A DNA stretch of 64,000 nt from Chthoniobacteraceae bacterium. Lineage in GTDB: Bacteria; Verrucomicrobiota; Verrucomicrobiia; Chthoniobacterales; Chthoniobacteraceae. The notes under the pieces were generated by a model. That model searched no databases, was not told where the DNA came from, and saw nothing but the letters and a program-made list of their open reading frames with translations. Shown here in pieces: positions 63,473-64,000 of the stretch (position 1 is its first letter; the number at the start of each line of letters is the position of its first letter). The DNA lies in NCBI GenBank assembly GCA_040081625.1, contig JBEBGD010000008.1, positions 37,607 through 101,606 on the forward strand, in the 5' to 3' direction. A program made the position numbers and the translations under genes.

Positions 63473-64000
63473 TCAGCGCGGCTTCGGCGTCGCGGGTCTT
63501 TTCTTCGTCACGTAGTCGGGCCACTTGATTTTCTTCCCCTCGACGCCGGTGAACTTCCACGCGGGCCACGTCGGCGATTCGGCGCGCACTTGCTCGTAGA
63601 GCGACTGGAGCCTGGCGCGGAGTTCCTCGAGTCTCGCGGGCTCGCTGGTCGCGAGGTTCGTAGTCTCGCCGATGTCGCGCTTGAGGTTGTAGATCTCGAA
63701 GTTCACGAGGCTGGCGGTCTTGAAGTCGCGCTCGCTCTCCTCGGTGATGTCATTGCTCCGCGCGCCGGGTGTCTTGTCGAGACCGGCGAGGATCTTCCAA
63801 TCGCCGTCGCGCATCGCGACCTTCGGCGCGCTGCTCGCGCGATTGAACTGCCAGTAGAGCGGCTGCTTGCGCGCGACGGTCCCGCCTTTCAGCACCGGCA
63901 GAAAACTCGCGCCGTCGAGATGCCGGTCGGTGGGCGGCGCGATGCCGGTGATCTCGCAAACCGTGGGGAGAAGATCGACGAAGGACACGGGTTCATCGCT
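63473..64000 (-). CDS. Sulfatase, C-terminal part (truncated by the window edge)
   Basis: SDEPVSFVDLLPTVCEITG, LDGASFLP, AMRDGDWK and EIYNLKRDIGETTNLA are typical arylsulfatase C-terminal blocks. Confidence 0.85.
   Translation of the reverse strand, partial: SDEPVSFVDLLPTVCEITGIAPPTDRHLDGASFLPVLKGGTVARKQPLYWQFNRASSAPKVAMRDGDWKILAGLDKTPGARSNDITEESERDFKTASLVNFEIYNLKRDIGETTNLATSEPARLEELRARLQSLYEQVRAESPTWPAWKFTGVEGKKIKWPDYVTKKRPATPKPR

Overview
High-GC bacterial window; gene content suggests Verrucomicrobiota, possibly Chthoniobacterales (inference). From left to right it holds: a B12-binding radical SAM gene, a membrane patatin/cPLA2-like lipase, an S8 lipoprotein protease, clpB, a CDP-deoxysugar cluster (rfbF, rfbG, C-methyltransferase, rfbC, epimerase/reductase, GT2), an O-methyltransferase and a TPR-GT41 (SPINDLY/OGT-like) glycosyltransferase. 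Next is a ~24.7 kb gene for an ~8,220-aa beta-strand-repeat surface protein with a C-terminal PEP-CTERM signal. Directly downstream is a complete selenocysteine island that the ORF track breaks up: selD, selB, selA and selC (tRNA-Sec, UCA, apparently with a short acceptor arm). Three genes there carry an in-frame UGA followed by a SECIS-like hairpin: SelD (CAGU), a signal-peptide-bearing deiodinase-like protein (SYTUPPF) and a SelW/Rdx-like protein (CAAU) that is absent from the ORF track. The right end holds secreted hydrolase and beta-propeller genes and an MFS/LicC-like/MetE-II trio. No CRISPR array, rRNA or transposase was seen. All calls were made by eye from motifs; no searches were run.
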